The notes: generated from the sequence alone by a model not told the origin. Positions 21,119 through 30,507 are shown, numbered from the stretch's first letter. The stretch: DNA of 64,000 nucleotides from a bacterium (GCA_963674965.2 CAXXFL010000007.1:672001-736000), one strand, 5' to 3'. A program made the numbers and translations.

Positions 21119-22153
21119 CTACCTTCCGCCGCCCATGTTTTTACCTGAGAGTGAGAAAGCCATATCAATAAATGGCCCGATTGATTTTCCGATGATGGCA
21201 GTGCCCGTATCATGAGGGGACGGGAAATTGAATTTACTTTTCGCCGCGCCATTCAGGGCAAAATCATGACCTTCAATATTGACAATGCAGAAGAGGCTGT
21301 CCCGACATTCGAGAATCACTTCATCAAAACGGAAGGGCCAGTCTCCTTCATAGTCTTGTTTTGAGATCAGCGCCGAAGGCCACGGGCTGCCTAAGACATC
21401 CTCTTTTTTCCTCTGAGTCCACTTATCCTTTGACTGTTGAAAATACTTGGCTGAACGCCGATAGTCGATTGTGCCGAACTCCTCATCCTTCATCTTGATA
21501 AAATCAGAGACTATCGAGGACATCTGCTGAAGTCTTCCGCCATGCCCGCCCAGAGTGAATTGCATCGTAATCGCCCTGCACAATCTTTCCAGCTTTGAAA
21601 TAATCTTAGCGTTCACTTTCGGATAATAGTCTCGATACAGGGCATCCATTGAGTCCCCGGTGATGTAGGGGCTTGGGTCTTCAATCGCTTTTTCAAGTTC
21701 CTCCCACTCCGCTTTTGTTTTGATGGGCGGATGCGAACTTCCCGTAACGATGTCCAGGTTGTAATACCGGGCCTTCTGACCAAACTCCGACAGGACGTGA
21801 ATGATTTTATCCAGCAAAGGGTCCGTCTTCAGATAGTCAAGATCATCGATTAAGAGCGGCTTATCGTTTGTGGAAAAATAGTCGGCCACGAGATTTTGCT
21901 TTAGTTTCTCCAAATCATGCCCAAGTTTGATGAGAAATTTCGTGTCTGGAAATTTTCCAGTTCTCGCTTCATGGACAAGGCAGAAGAAACATTTTATGAG
22001 GCGTTCAAAACCACTAGCGAGCAACAGTTGCGGAAGATGAAAGAAATCATCGCCCATGCGGATTTCCTGCAATTCACCGAACCCGGAGACAATCAGGTTC
22101 TTGGCAAGTTCCAGTTCCTCGATGAGGCACGTGGTTTTCATTGAATCGTTCAT
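21119..22153 (-). CDS. Low-GC hypothetical protein, HEPN-like motifs
   Basis: Markedly more AT-rich than its neighbours. GFERLIK, LGHDL and ARYY pattern. Confidence 0.6.
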   Translation of the reverse strand: MNDSMKTTCLIEELELAKNLIVSGFGELQEIRMGDDFFHLPQLLLASGFERLIKCFFCLVHEARTGKFPDTKFLIKLGHDLEKLKQNLVADYFSTNDKPLLIDDLDYLKTDPLLDKIIHVLSEFGQKARYYNLDIVTGSSHPPIKTKAEWEELEKAIEDPSPYITGDSMDALYRDYYPKVNAKIISKLERLCRAITMQFTLGGHGGRLQQMSSIVSDFIKMKDEEFGTIDYRRSAKYFQQSKDKWTQRKKEDVLGSPWPSALISKQDYEGDWPFRFDEVILECRDSLFCIVNIEGHDFALNGAAKSKFNFPSPHDTGTAIIGKSIGPFIDMAFSLSGKNMGGGR

Positions 22154-22184
22154 TTATTGTTCTCGATCATCGCGCCACAACGCT

Positions 22185-22383
22185 GGGTGGCACATGCATT
22201 TTCACAAAATGCATGGGTGGCGTAGCCGCGGGCTGAGTATTGCCATTTCCTAAATTACGCGCGGATTGTTTTTAGCTCCTCCACTTGAAAAAGGCCTTTC
22301 GATACGATTGGCGTAAGAAGCGATCAGCCCGCGGCTTCGCCGCCCACGCAATATTGAAGACAATATTGCATGATGGGCCACCC
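22185..22383. repeat. Inverted REP-like doublet (GGGTGGC family, REPIN-like)
   Basis: Arms 22185-22236 and 22324-22383 are complementary (TGGGTGGCGTAGCCGCGGGCTGA with TCAGCCCGCGGCTTCGCCGCCCA). Each carries its own AT-rich hairpin. Confidence 0.75.
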
Positions 22384-22396
22384 TTCGCCCTAGCCC

Positions 22397-23398
22397 CTAA
22401 AGCTTGACGGCCTGGCCCAGGCGCGACGATTTGTAGGCGGCCTCCAGAATCCTCATGTTGACCAGGCCCTCGTCAAGGCCGGGGGAGGGCGCCTTCCTGG
22501 TGGCCACGCTTGAGAGGAAACACGACATCTGCCGGTCGTACATGACCTGGGCGCAGTGGTCCTCCCGGGGGGGCAGGGCAGGATGGAAGGTCCCCATCCG
22601 CCCATCCATCTCGAGTTTCACCTCGGTGGGAAAAACCCGAGCGTAGCCCCTGGTCCCGAACAACTGGGTGCTCGCCTCGGGGCCGTCCATGTGGGGGTTC
22701 CACCAGCCGCTCTCGACCACCGAGACCACCCCGTTCTTCCATTTGATGAAAAGCACTCCCACGTCGTCAACCTTATAGTCGCCGTACCTCGTGTCAACGT
22801 GGGCGTACACGCTCGCGGGCGCCGGGTCCCCCATCAAGTAGCGCGTCGTGTCGATGGCGTGAACGCCCATGTCCACCAGGGCCCCGCCGCCGGCCAGCTT
22901 CTTGTCCACGAACCAGCCGGACGGTCCCCATAAGGCGTGGACGCCGTAGCTCTTGGTCTTGACCACGTCTCCGATCCGGCCGGACTTCACCGCTTCCCGG
23001 ACGTAGTTCACCTCCTCGTCGAAGCGCCACATGTGCCCGACCAGGACCACCCGCTTTTTGCGCCGCGCCGCCCGGGCTATTTCCATGGCCTCGGCCGCGG
23101 TCACGCTCATGGGTTTCTCGAGCAGCACGTCCTTGCCCGCCTCGATCATGGCTATCGAGTGGGGAGCGTGATACCTGTTGGGATGGGCGATGACCGCGGC
23201 GTCCACCTCCTTCCTCTTAACCAGCGCCGAGGCGGAGGTGGTGGCGTAGGGGACCCCGTATTTTTGAGCGAACCTCTCGGCCGACTCCCGGGTGCGGGCG
23301 CAGACCGCGACGATCCTGGCCCCGCAATTCTGCGCCGCCCGGGCGTGCATGTTCCCGATGAAACCCGCGCCGATGATGGCCAACCCGATTTCCTTCAT
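22397..23398 (-). CDS. Gfo/Idh/MocA family oxidoreductase (inositol dehydrogenase-like)
   Basis: IIGAGFIG, LLEKPM and GGGALVDMGVHAID motifs. Confidence 0.9.
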   Translation of the reverse strand: MKEIGLAIIGAGFIGNMHARAAQNCGARIVAVCARTRESAERFAQKYGVPYATTSASALVKRKEVDAAVIAHPNRYHAPHSIAMIEAGKDVLLEKPMSVTAAEAMEIARAARRKKRVVLVGHMWRFDEEVNYVREAVKSGRIGDVVKTKSYGVHALWGPSGWFVDKKLAGGGALVDMGVHAIDTTRYLMGDPAPASVYAHVDTRYGDYKVDDVGVLFIKWKNGVVSVVESGWWNPHMDGPEASTQLFGTRGYARVFPTEVKLEMDGRMGTFHPALPPREDHCAQVMYDRQMSCFLSSVATRKAPSPGLDEGLVNMRILEAAYKSSRLGQAVKL

Positions 23399-24408
23399 CC
23401 TTCTTCCTCCCCCGTTGAAAGCTCCTCTATTCGCTTCTCCAGTTCGGCCTGGAGGCGGCCCCTTTTCTCGCCGTCCAGCTTGATCGAGAGCGCGTCGAGC
23501 GCCTTTAGCGCGCCGCCCAAAAGGGGCGGGCAGTCCAGCGCGATCAGCCGGACGCGAGGGAACTCCGCCGCGACCGTCTCGCCTATGGCCTCGACCAGCG
23601 CCGGGTGCGAGCCTTTCTGAAGAACGCTACCGCCCAGGGCCAGGACCACGCTTTCTTCCTTGTTAAAGAGCCGCCTCATCACCGCCAGGGCCGCCTCGCC
23701 GGCCGCCTTGCCCTGGTCCTTTAAAATCTCCCGCGCCGCGCGGTCTCCCTCCGCCGCCGCCTCGAACACCAGCGGAGCCAGAGCGGCGGGATCGAGCGGA
23801 TCGGGCGAGTCGAAATACTCGCGCTCGATTATGTCCACGAGCGCCTCGAGGCCGAGCGCTTTCTTGAATTTTTCCTCCAAGAGTCCGGGGACGGACCTTC
23901 CGTCTATTCCCTTCATGGCCTCGACCAGGCCGGCCAGGGCAATGGACCCGCCGTTGGCCTTGTCGCCCGTGATCGGCCCCAGGCCCCAGGCTTTCCTTAT
24001 CCGTCCATCCGCGCCCACGCCGATGCAGTTCGAGCCGGCGCCGCCTATTAGCGCCACGCCCACGCCGTCGGGAGTGGCGGCGCGGAGGGCGAGGAGGGAG
24101 TCGTTAACCAGCTCGCTTTTTTCCGCGGGATCGATCGGCCCCAGTATCTCCTCGAATACCAGGAAGTCCTTGTCCCGGTCGGCCCCGGCCAGGCCGTAGC
24201 AGGCCGCGTCCACCTTGCCGATCCCGGCCTCCTCCAGAGCGTCGCCTATCACGCGGGCCAGGGCCTTCCGGGAAGCGGCCCGGCCTATGCCCTGGAAGTT
24301 GCATCCTCCCGCCCTCGCCAGGGACAAGACCTCGCCCGACCCGGCGGCCACGCAGGCCAGGGTCTTCGAGTTGCCGCCGTCCACGGCCAGTACTATCCGC
24401 CCGCTCAC
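23395..24408 (-). CDS. BadF/BadG/BcrA/BcrD-type sugar (GlcNAc-like) kinase
   Basis: VDGGNSKT, GLAGAD, VND and LGGSVL motifs. 4-bp overlap with the next gene. Confidence 0.85.
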   Translation of the reverse strand: MSGRIVLAVDGGNSKTLACVAAGSGEVLSLARAGGCNFQGIGRAASRKALARVIGDALEEAGIGKVDAACYGLAGADRDKDFLVFEEILGPIDPAEKSELVNDSLLALRAATPDGVGVALIGGAGSNCIGVGADGRIRKAWGLGPITGDKANGGSIALAGLVEAMKGIDGRSVPGLLEEKFKKALGLEALVDIIEREYFDSPDPLDPAALAPLVFEAAAEGDRAAREILKDQGKAAGEAALAVMRRLFNKEESVVLALGGSVLQKGSHPALVEAIGETVAAEFPRVRLIALDCPPLLGGALKALDALSIKLDGEKRGRLQAELEKRIEELSTGEEEG

Positions 24409-24423
24409 CGCGCTCTCCCCCCG

Positions 24424-25704
24424 TCAGTCCTGCATAAGCTCATGGGAGTTGGCGCGGATTTTCTCGATGGCCTCGACGATCTGCTTCATGTCCGCCTTTT
24501 TGGACAGGAGCATGGACTGGTGAAAATTGACCGACTCCTCCCGGTAGGCCCGCTCGCATACGGGCAGCTTGAAGCGGGACGGGTCGATCCGCTTCAGGTG
24601 GTCCTTGCCGAGGTTATGGCGCCTCTTGGTCAGGGGCCGGTACAAGGAGCAGTCGTTAAGGGGAACGTAGCAGGGCTCGGCCTGAAGCCCGAGCTCGAAC
24701 CCGAGGGCAAGGCGGAACTTCCATACGTCGAGTCCATCGAACGCCTCCGCGTCGTAGCGGAAGGCGAAGTTGAAGTAGCTCTGGGAGGTGGTCCGCTCGT
24801 CGCGCTTCATGGGCGTAACGCCCGGGACCTTCTCCAGGAGCCCGTTCAGATATCTGGCGTTGGCGTCCCTTTTCTTCACCTGGGCGGGCAGGCGCCGGAG
24901 CTGCTCGAGGAGCACGGCGGACTGGAAGTCGGAAATCCTGTAGTTGCCGGACTGGATAAAGTCTCCCTCCGCCCCGTACTTGCCCGAGCCCTTGTCCGAC
25001 CCGGCGTCCATCATCTCGGGACGCCTGCCGCAGTTCCGGAGCGCGTCGAGCCTCATGAAAAGGTCGCGGCTCGAGGTGGTCAGCGCCCCGCCCTCCCCTC
25101 CGGTCATGACCTTCGAGAGCTGGAAGCTGAAGCTGCCTATGTCTCCGATGCTTCCCGCTGGTTTCCCCCTCCAGGCCGAGCCGTGCTGGTGGGCGCAGTC
25201 CTCGATAACGGCCAGCTTGCGCCGCCTGGCCAGCTTCATGATCGCGTCCATGTCGGCCATGCACCCGTAAAGATGCACGGGGATGACGGCCAGCGTTCGG
25301 GATGTAATCGCCGCCTCGGCCGCCTTCGGGTCCAGGCACCAGGTATCCGGGTCCACGTCCACCAGCACGGGCACGGCGTTGACGTCGAGCACGGCCGCGG
25401 CCGTGGCCTGCCAGGTGAGGCCCGGCACGATGACCTCGTCGCCGTACCCCACGTCCAGGGCCTCGAGGGCGAGCTGAAGGCTGACCGTGCCATTGGCAAC
25501 GGACAGGGCGTATTTGCTCTGAATGAATTTCGCGAAAGCGGCGTTGAATTTTCTCTCCATGGATCCGTTGTAGGACCAGACGCCGCTCTCGAGGACCTTC
25601 CCAAGGTTCCGTCTCTCACCCTCCCCCCAGATCGGCCACTTGGGCCAGGGGTCCTTTTTCGCGTCCCTTACCGGTTTCCCGCCCTTGATCGCTAACTTGG
25701 CCAT
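24424..25704 (-). CDS. DegT/DnrJ/EryC1/StrS PLP aminotransferase, BtrR/StsC-like
   Basis: EDCAH and SFSFQLSK(PLP Lys)VMTGGEGG, with C-terminal RPLTKRRH..RIDPSRFKLP. GAGGAGG RBS before ATG 25704. Confidence 0.85.
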   Translation of the reverse strand: MAKLAIKGGKPVRDAKKDPWPKWPIWGEGERRNLGKVLESGVWSYNGSMERKFNAAFAKFIQSKYALSVANGTVSLQLALEALDVGYGDEVIVPGLTWQATAAAVLDVNAVPVLVDVDPDTWCLDPKAAEAAITSRTLAVIPVHLYGCMADMDAIMKLARRRKLAVIEDCAHQHGSAWRGKPAGSIGDIGSFSFQLSKVMTGGEGGALTTSSRDLFMRLDALRNCGRRPEMMDAGSDKGSGKYGAEGDFIQSGNYRISDFQSAVLLEQLRRLPAQVKKRDANARYLNGLLEKVPGVTPMKRDERTTSQSYFNFAFRYDAEAFDGLDVWKFRLALGFELGLQAEPCYVPLNDCSLYRPLTKRRHNLGKDHLKRIDPSRFKLPVCERAYREESVNFHQSMLLSKKADMKQIVEAIEKIRANSHELMQD

Positions 25705-25746
25705 CCAAGACCTCCTCTTCATTTTTCAGTTCATGCACCGTCTCTT

Positions 25747-27021
25747 TTATACTCGACTCTCGAGGCGAATAGCGTGAGTTTCGAGAATATCGTCCAGCAC
25801 CCTCGCCGCCGCGTCCGCGTCCGGTCCCAGCGGATGCACGGCAAGCGCGGCAATCGCGGCGTCTCGGCTGCCCTCCACCGCGGCCTTGACCGTCAGGGTC
25901 TCGTAGGACTTGACCGCGTGCATAAGTCCCTTTATCTCGAGCGGCAACCCCCCGACGGGGATGGGAGACGCGCCGCCGCGGCCGACCCGGCAATACAGCT
26001 CGACGGCCGCCTGGCCGGGCAGGTCGGGAATGGCCCCCCCGTTGAGCGTAATAAGGACCTGCTTGTCTCCCCGGTCCAGCGCCGCGGACTCGATATACTG
26101 GAGGGCCGCCGCCGAGTAGTTGGCCCCGCCTCTTTGTCCCAGTTCCTCCGGCTTCTTGTCCCGAGCGGGGTCGGCGTAAATTTTCATGAGGGCGGCCTCG
26201 ATCTCCATTACCTCCTCCGCCCGGGTCTTGGCCCTGGTCCCCTGTTTCTCGATCATGGTCCGGGTAAGGTAATAGTACCGGAGGTAATGCATGGGGACCA
26301 TGCCGAGGGCTTTGAGAAACTCGGCCGGGTACTCGATCTCCTCGAGGTTGGCGGGCCTGGCCGACGACCCGGCCCAGCCCAGGACCCGGCCGGTCACGTC
26401 CTCCCCCTTTAGCCTGACCCGTCTGACCCAGCTCAGGTGGTTGAGGCCCACGTAGTCGAGGTCCAACTCGTCTCGATCGACGCCCAGGGCCCGGGCCAGC
26501 TCGAGGTGGAAGGTAAGGGGAATATTGCAAAGGCCAACGGCCTTGACCCGCGAGTGATTAAGGACCGCCTCCGTGACAATGCCGGAGGGATTGGTGAAAT
26601 TGACCAGACCGGCCTCCGGGCAATTCCTCTCCATGGACCGGCAGATATCGAGCATGGCCGGGATAGTCCGAAGCGCCTTGGCAAAGCCGCCCACGCCGGT
26701 GGTCTCCTGGCCGATGAGGCCATGACGGGCGCCTAATAGCTCGTCCTTTTTCCGAGCCTCGGCGCCGCCGACCCGTATTTGAGCGACCACGAAATCCGCT
26801 CCGGCCAGGGCCTTTTCCAGATCAATGGTTTTCGAGACGACGGCCGCCGCCCCCGCCGCGCGCGCCATGCGCAGGCAAAAGCCGTGGACCGCCTCCAGCC
26901 TCGGCCCGTTCACGTCGTGAAGGCAAACCTCCCCGATCGAAAGCGCCTCGGCCCGGGCCAGGGCGCCCTCAAGCAGTTCGGGGGTATAGGAACTGCCGCC
27001 TCCTATGACGGCGATCTTCAT
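25747..27021 (-). CDS. GH4 6-phospho-beta-glucosidase
   Basis: MKIAVIGGGSSYTPE, GQETTGVGG, NFTNP, GLCNIP and GLNH motifs. ATGA overlap with the upstream gene. Confidence 0.9.
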   Translation of the reverse strand: MKIAVIGGGSSYTPELLEGALARAEALSIGEVCLHDVNGPRLEAVHGFCLRMARAAGAAAVVSKTIDLEKALAGADFVVAQIRVGGAEARKKDELLGARHGLIGQETTGVGGFAKALRTIPAMLDICRSMERNCPEAGLVNFTNPSGIVTEAVLNHSRVKAVGLCNIPLTFHLELARALGVDRDELDLDYVGLNHLSWVRRVRLKGEDVTGRVLGWAGSSARPANLEEIEYPAEFLKALGMVPMHYLRYYYLTRTMIEKQGTRAKTRAEEVMEIEAALMKIYADPARDKKPEELGQRGGANYSAAALQYIESAALDRGDKQVLITLNGGAIPDLPGQAAVELYCRVGRGGASPIPVGGLPLEIKGLMHAVKSYETLTVKAAVEGSRDAAIAALAVHPLGPDADAAARVLDDILETHAIRLESRV

Positions 27022-28022
27022 CTTATTCCTCGCCGGGGAAGCTCGATCTTCTCGCCGTCGGAGAAAAAAACCATCTCGGGCGTGAACTCCATCTTGATCC
27101 GGTCGCCGGGAGTCTCGGCTATGGTCCGATCCAGCGAGGAGAGCGGACTCAGTGCGACGGGCCAGGTTATGGTCGTCTCCTTGCCTCGGGCCAGGTCCAT
27201 GGAGTGGTAATAAAGGGAAACCCTCTTCTCGTCCCTGCCCGTCTTGGGCGACAGAACAAGCTCCCCCTCCAGGGCCGAGATGTTCTTGCCCGACTCGTTT
27301 CTGAGGGTCACGTCTATCTCGAGGCCGTCGCCGATGACCCACTTGCCCTCCACCGCCCGTTTCTCTATGTTCAGGATTTTCACGGCCCGGTCCAGCTTTT
27401 CCCGCACCGGCTCGTTCAAGCGCCTAGCTCGCTCCAACTCCTCGCTCTTGAGCATATCCAAAAGCTCGGGCAGGTTCGATATCTCGACCACCTTGAGATG
27501 GCCCTCCTCGGTCCCGCTCATGAGCAGCTCGATCTCGTAATCGACGTCCCGCGTTTTATCGCGGACCTCGATCACCACCGTGCGAAATTCCCCGCGCTTT
27601 CCCTTTTTCTTGATGCCCCTGAAGCTCACGTCCCCCAGGCTTTTCAGATCGGTCCCGCCGACCCGCGTTTTGTCGGCGTCATGACCCGCGCCTCCGGTGG
27701 TCACCCATTTCTCGACGGCCTCCTTGGCGCTCCTGGCGGCCAGGGGCTTGGTAAGCCTGGCCAGGCCCGAGACGATCTCGGAAAGCAGGCCGTCCTTCTT
27801 GTCCATGGAGTCGGCCACCCGGTCGTATCCCCGGCTGATGACCGAGTCGACGTCCACGTACTCGTTGAAGCCGTCAAGGTCCCGCTCGGCCGCGGCCAGC
27901 CTGATCCTCGCCAGGGCGTACTCGGGCGAGGCCTTGTAGTATCCATGCCCGAGATAGCCCAGCGCCGCCGCCGCGACGATCAGCGCGAGCGCAAGAGCGA
28001 CCTTGTTCTTTTTACTCCCCAT
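27018..28022 (-). CDS. DUF2939-like exported/membrane-anchored protein
   Basis: N-terminal TM followed by SPEYALARI..AA..D...F.EYVD. Confidence 0.6.
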   Translation of the reverse strand: MGSKKNKVALALALIVAAAALGYLGHGYYKASPEYALARIRLAAAERDLDGFNEYVDVDSVISRGYDRVADSMDKKDGLLSEIVSGLARLTKPLAARSAKEAVEKWVTTGGAGHDADKTRVGGTDLKSLGDVSFRGIKKKGKRGEFRTVVIEVRDKTRDVDYEIELLMSGTEEGHLKVVEISNLPELLDMLKSEELERARRLNEPVREKLDRAVKILNIEKRAVEGKWVIGDGLEIDVTLRNESGKNISALEGELVLSPKTGRDEKRVSLYYHSMDLARGKETTITWPVALSPLSSLDRTIAETPGDRIKMEFTPEMVFFSDGEKIELPRRGIR

Positions 28023-28201
28023 GGCGTTCCTCCCCGTCGAGTGGTCCAGCGCCGAGGCCTTTCGCGATCATCGATCTCATGGCCCATATTATTGCACGCC
28101 GCCAAGCCGCCTATCAACGCCATATGTCCCATGGCCCGTCCCTTCGCCGGAGGGTGTTCGCCATAATTGAAGCGAGGGGTTTTCCGCGTACAATAAGTAA
28201 A

Positions 28202-29197
28202 ATGGAAGATCGATACAACGGACTCGTGGAGGCCGAGTCCTTACCTCCCCCTCTTCCCGGAGCGCCGGCCGCCCAAGGCCCTCCCAGGCTGTGGCCGCAC
28301 GCGCTCCTCCTGGCGGCGACCTTTTGCACGACCGCCGCGGCGGGCTCTTACCTGGCCCACTTCGACTCCGACTTCCGTATATTCTGGGCGTCCTTCAAGT
28401 ATCGGCCCGAGTGGATACTGGACGGGCTCGCCTTCGCCATCCCGCTCATGGCCATATTGATCTCCCACGAGTTGGGGCATTACATCCTTTCCCGCCATCA
28501 CGGGGTGGACAGTTCCCTGCCTTATTTTATTCCCGGCCCCAACCTGATCGGGACCTTCGGGGCGGTGATCCTTATGAAGTCCCGCGTGCCGGACAGGAGG
28601 GCGCTGTTCGACATAGGCGCGGCCGGTCCCCTGGCCGGGTTGGCCGTGGCCGTCTTCACCATGATAGCGGGCCTTCTCACCGCCAGGACCCAGTGGTTTT
28701 TTCCCGCCTACGAGTCCAAGGACTTCGTGCTTTTCCATCCGAACTTCCTGCTCATGATCTCGAGCGCCGTCTTTCCCTCCCCCCCGCCGCCGGAAGCCCT
28801 GGGCGCGCTTCCCGGCGCCATTGACGCCGTTCCCCTTTTAAACAGCCCGCTTATCGACGCGGCCTGCGTGGGCTTTCTCGTAACCATGCTGAACCTGATG
28901 CCTATCGGCCAGCTCGACGGCGGCCACGTGGCCTACGCCGTGTTCGGAAAACAAGCCGCCTGGCTGAACGCGGCCGCCATTATCGGCCTGCTCCTTATGG
29001 GCCTGGCCTGGATACCCTGGTTCGGGCTTCTTTTCATCCTGCTGGCGCTGATGGGCAGGAAGGCTTTCACTCATCCCCCCACCCTCGATCCCGAGGCGTC
29101 TCTCGGGACCGGCAGGATATTGCTGGCGGTCCTGGTCTTCATCCTTTTTATCATGATCCTCTCCCCCGAGCCCGTGAGCGTTTATATCAGCCAGTAA
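28202..29197 (+). CDS. Site-2 protease (peptidase M50)
   Basis: HELGH, AAGP and NLMPIGQLDGGH motifs. Multi-TM. Confidence 0.9.
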   Translation: MEDRYNGLVEAESLPPPLPGAPAAQGPPRLWPHALLLAATFCTTAAAGSYLAHFDSDFRIFWASFKYRPEWILDGLAFAIPLMAILISHELGHYILSRHHGVDSSLPYFIPGPNLIGTFGAVILMKSRVPDRRALFDIGAAGPLAGLAVAVFTMIAGLLTARTQWFFPAYESKDFVLFHPNFLLMISSAVFPSPPPPEALGALPGAIDAVPLLNSPLIDAACVGFLVTMLNLMPIGQLDGGHVAYAVFGKQAAWLNAAAIIGLLLMGLAWIPWFGLLFILLALMGRKAFTHPPTLDPEASLGTGRILLAVLVFILFIMILSPEPVSVYISQ

Positions 29198-29279
29198 ACG
29201 ACCACTCCGCCGGGCCGCGCACCCGGCGGCGCCGAGGCGCGCGTAAAGCCGATGAAGGACCCACCCTCGAGATTTCCTC

Positions 29280-29315
29280 TTGCGATTTTTTCCATGTCTA
29301 CTATACTTGTACAAG
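29280..29315 (+). promoter_or_regulatory. Sigma70-like promoter with palindromic TA operator
   Basis: TTGCGA-N16-TATACT overlapping the palindrome CTTGTACAAG (29306-29315). Confidence 0.55.
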
Positions 29316-29353
29316 AAGGACATTAATTACATATAATGAAGGGAGAAACGTTC

Positions 29354-29611
29354 ATGAGGAACAGGTTTTCCATGGGAGAGGCGAGAAAGAACCTGACGGA
29401 CATCGTCGGCAGGGTTGCCTACGGGGGAGAGCGCATAGCGATCGGCCGGCGCGGCAAGGACTTGGCCGTCCTGGTTTCCATCGAGGACGCCGAGCTTCTC
29501 GAGTACCTGGAGGACAGGGAGGACGTCCGCGCCGCCCGCAAGGCGATGAAGGAGGGGGGGAAGAGCCTTGACTGGGAAGAGGCGAAAAAGAAACTCCGCC
29601 TGGACAAATGA
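29354..29611 (+). CDS. Phd/YefM family antitoxin
   Basis: SMGEARKNLTDIV..V..GERIAI.RRGK..AVLVS pattern. GGGAGA RBS. Confidence 0.88.
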   Translation: MRNRFSMGEARKNLTDIVGRVAYGGERIAIGRRGKDLAVLVSIEDAELLEYLEDREDVRAARKAMKEGGKSLDWEEAKKKLRLDK

Positions 29612-29868
29612 GCTACAAGATCGAAATCAGGCCCCGGGCGCTAAGGTCGCTCGCTAAAATCCCGGAGCCTGACCGAGGTCGTATAATAAAACGGATCGAC
29701 CGGCTTGGAGACGACCCTCGCCCGGAGGGGAGCAAAAAGCTGAAGGGGGCCGACGACCTTTACAGGATTCGGGTTGGCGACTACCGCGTGGTATATGGAA
29801 TTCGAGACGCCATTCTCACAGTACTCGTCGTGAGAGTCGCTCATCGCCGGGACGTTTACGGGAAATGA
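29608..29868 (+). CDS. relE: RelE/ParE family toxin
   Basis: PRPEGSKKLKG, YRIRVGDYRVVY and HRRDVY motifs. ATGA coupling to the antitoxin. Confidence 0.9.
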   Translation: MSYKIEIRPRALRSLAKIPEPDRGRIIKRIDRLGDDPRPEGSKKLKGADDLYRIRVGDYRVVYGIRDAILTVLVVRVAHRRDVYGK

Positions 29869-29895
29869 GGCATTGCCGAGGGAAGGAGACTTCAA

Positions 29896-30507
29896 TTGAT
29901 TTTATTCGACGAGCTTTTGGATACTCTGGACTTCAAGGCGAAGGCGGAAAAACTGGCGGCCGATTTCAGGGAGAAAAACGGCCTGGGCCGGATACACCAG
30001 CTCGGCCTCGTGGTCCCGGACGTGGAGGCGGCGGCCCTTGCTCTCGAGTCGAGGGGGCTGGGCCCGTTTTTCATCGCCTCCGGCGCCCCGGTGCTTTGGA
30101 GGGAAAAGGGCCGGGACCTCTCGTTCAAGGGAAAGCTGGGCATGGCCATGCACCGCGGGTTCGAGCTCGAGCTTCTCGAGCCGGGGGCAGGCTCGAGTTT
30201 TTACGGGGATTGCGTGGACCGGGCGGGCAAGATAGTAGTCCAGCACCTCGGCCTTCTGGTGGAGGAGGTGGACGAGTGGTCGGGCCGGCTTTCCGGCCAG
30301 GGCTGTCCGGTCCGGGTAAGGGGCCGCATCAAAACGGGCCCCCTTACGACGGACTTCGCCTACATGGACACCATGGAGGAGGCCGGCCTCGTGATCGAGT
30401 TCATAAGCTGGAAGGTCCTCGGACGCGGCTTCACGCCGCCGGGCGGGCTCTACCACGCGCTGGGCAAAGTCCAGAAGCTCACCGGCTGGAGGAGCCTTTC
30501 GACCTGA
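29896..30507 (+). CDS. VOC (glyoxalase/methylmalonyl-CoA epimerase-like) family protein
   Basis: HQLGLVVPD, ELELLEP, QHLG and VIEF motifs. Confidence 0.75.
   Translation: MILFDELLDTLDFKAKAEKLAADFREKNGLGRIHQLGLVVPDVEAAALALESRGLGPFFIASGAPVLWREKGRDLSFKGKLGMAMHRGFELELLEPGAGSSFYGDCVDRAGKIVVQHLGLLVEEVDEWSGRLSGQGCPVRVRGRIKTGPLTTDFAYMDTMEEAGLVIEFISWKVLGRGFTPPGGLYHALGKVQKLTGWRSLST

Noticed and set aside
21060-22185. Integron cassette (GTTGTGG just upstream of the low-GC gene)
   Set aside because: No matching RYYYAAC...GTTRRRY attC after the stop codon and no integrase in the window.
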